Below are positions 63,843 to 64,000 of a stretch of 64,000 bases of DNA, one piece after another. The notes under the pieces were generated by a model. It saw nothing but the letters and a program-made list of their open reading frames with translations, had not been told where the DNA came from and did not search any database. Position numbers and translations under genes: made by a program. Position 1 is the first letter of the stretch, and each line of letters starts with the position of its first letter. This DNA is from an uncultured Alphaproteobacteria bacterium (lineage in GTDB: Bacteria; Pseudomonadota; Alphaproteobacteria; Rhizobiales; Beijerinckiaceae). The stretch spans positions 400,296 to 464,295 of the forward strand of contig CAVSYB010000006.1 in assembly GCA_963732155.1 (NCBI GenBank). Reading direction: 5' to 3'.

Positions 63843-64000
63843 CTTACCTCGCCATTGAACCGGGCAGGCCGGGAGAGCCTGCGCGATCCTTTCAGCCTCG
63901 GGCGGCGCTGATTCTGCTCAAGCCGAGCTTAACAATTGGTGGGTTTGGCCACGCAAAGCCGCTTGGCCCGCCTTGAGAACATCATGACGATGGCGATGGC

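Overview
This is a 64-kb window of a high-GC alphaproteobacterial chromosome. Gene content and order look like Hyphomicrobiales/Rhizobiales (ccmI-ccmE-ccmF-ccmH-degP-two-component pair-glnE, fabH-plsX-yceD, a Porin_2-type porin, spoT/rsh); the taxon is an inference. I can support about 60 protein-coding genes, one tRNA-Gln(UUG), one clear rho-independent terminator, one IS5-family remnant and several repeat elements.

Most of the window is ordinary core metabolism, envelope and signalling: two class III adenylate cyclases, a GGDEF protein, SpoT, GlnE, GlpK and the Ccm system. I see no rRNA, CRISPR array, intact IS, prophage or recognisable multi-gene defence system.

The non-core parts worth a second look are:
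- An orphan hcp at 7.1 kb, with an uncharacterised Ser/Thr/Asn-rich neighbour and a Rap1a/Tai4-like periplasmic protein nearby.
- A roughly 2.8-kb low-GC island at 11.16-13.94 kb, bracketed by diverged ~275-bp direct repeats. It carries an IS5 remnant, an orphan PIN-like (DUF5615) gene and three unknown genes.
- A ~94-bp AT-rich palindrome-containing element present twice in inverted orientation (14.94 kb and 23.21 kb).
- A 95-nt, highly structured inverted-repeat element at 12.05 kb.
- At least three single-base frameshifts in otherwise conserved genes. These are either real gene decay or assembly indels.

Many of the long ORFs in the supplied track (Arg/Ala/Pro-rich, antisense or out of frame to recognisable genes) are high-GC artefacts and are rejected. 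I did not find convincing evidence for a complete new multi-gene system. The Hcp locus and the low-GC island are the best candidates, and both are hypotheses.
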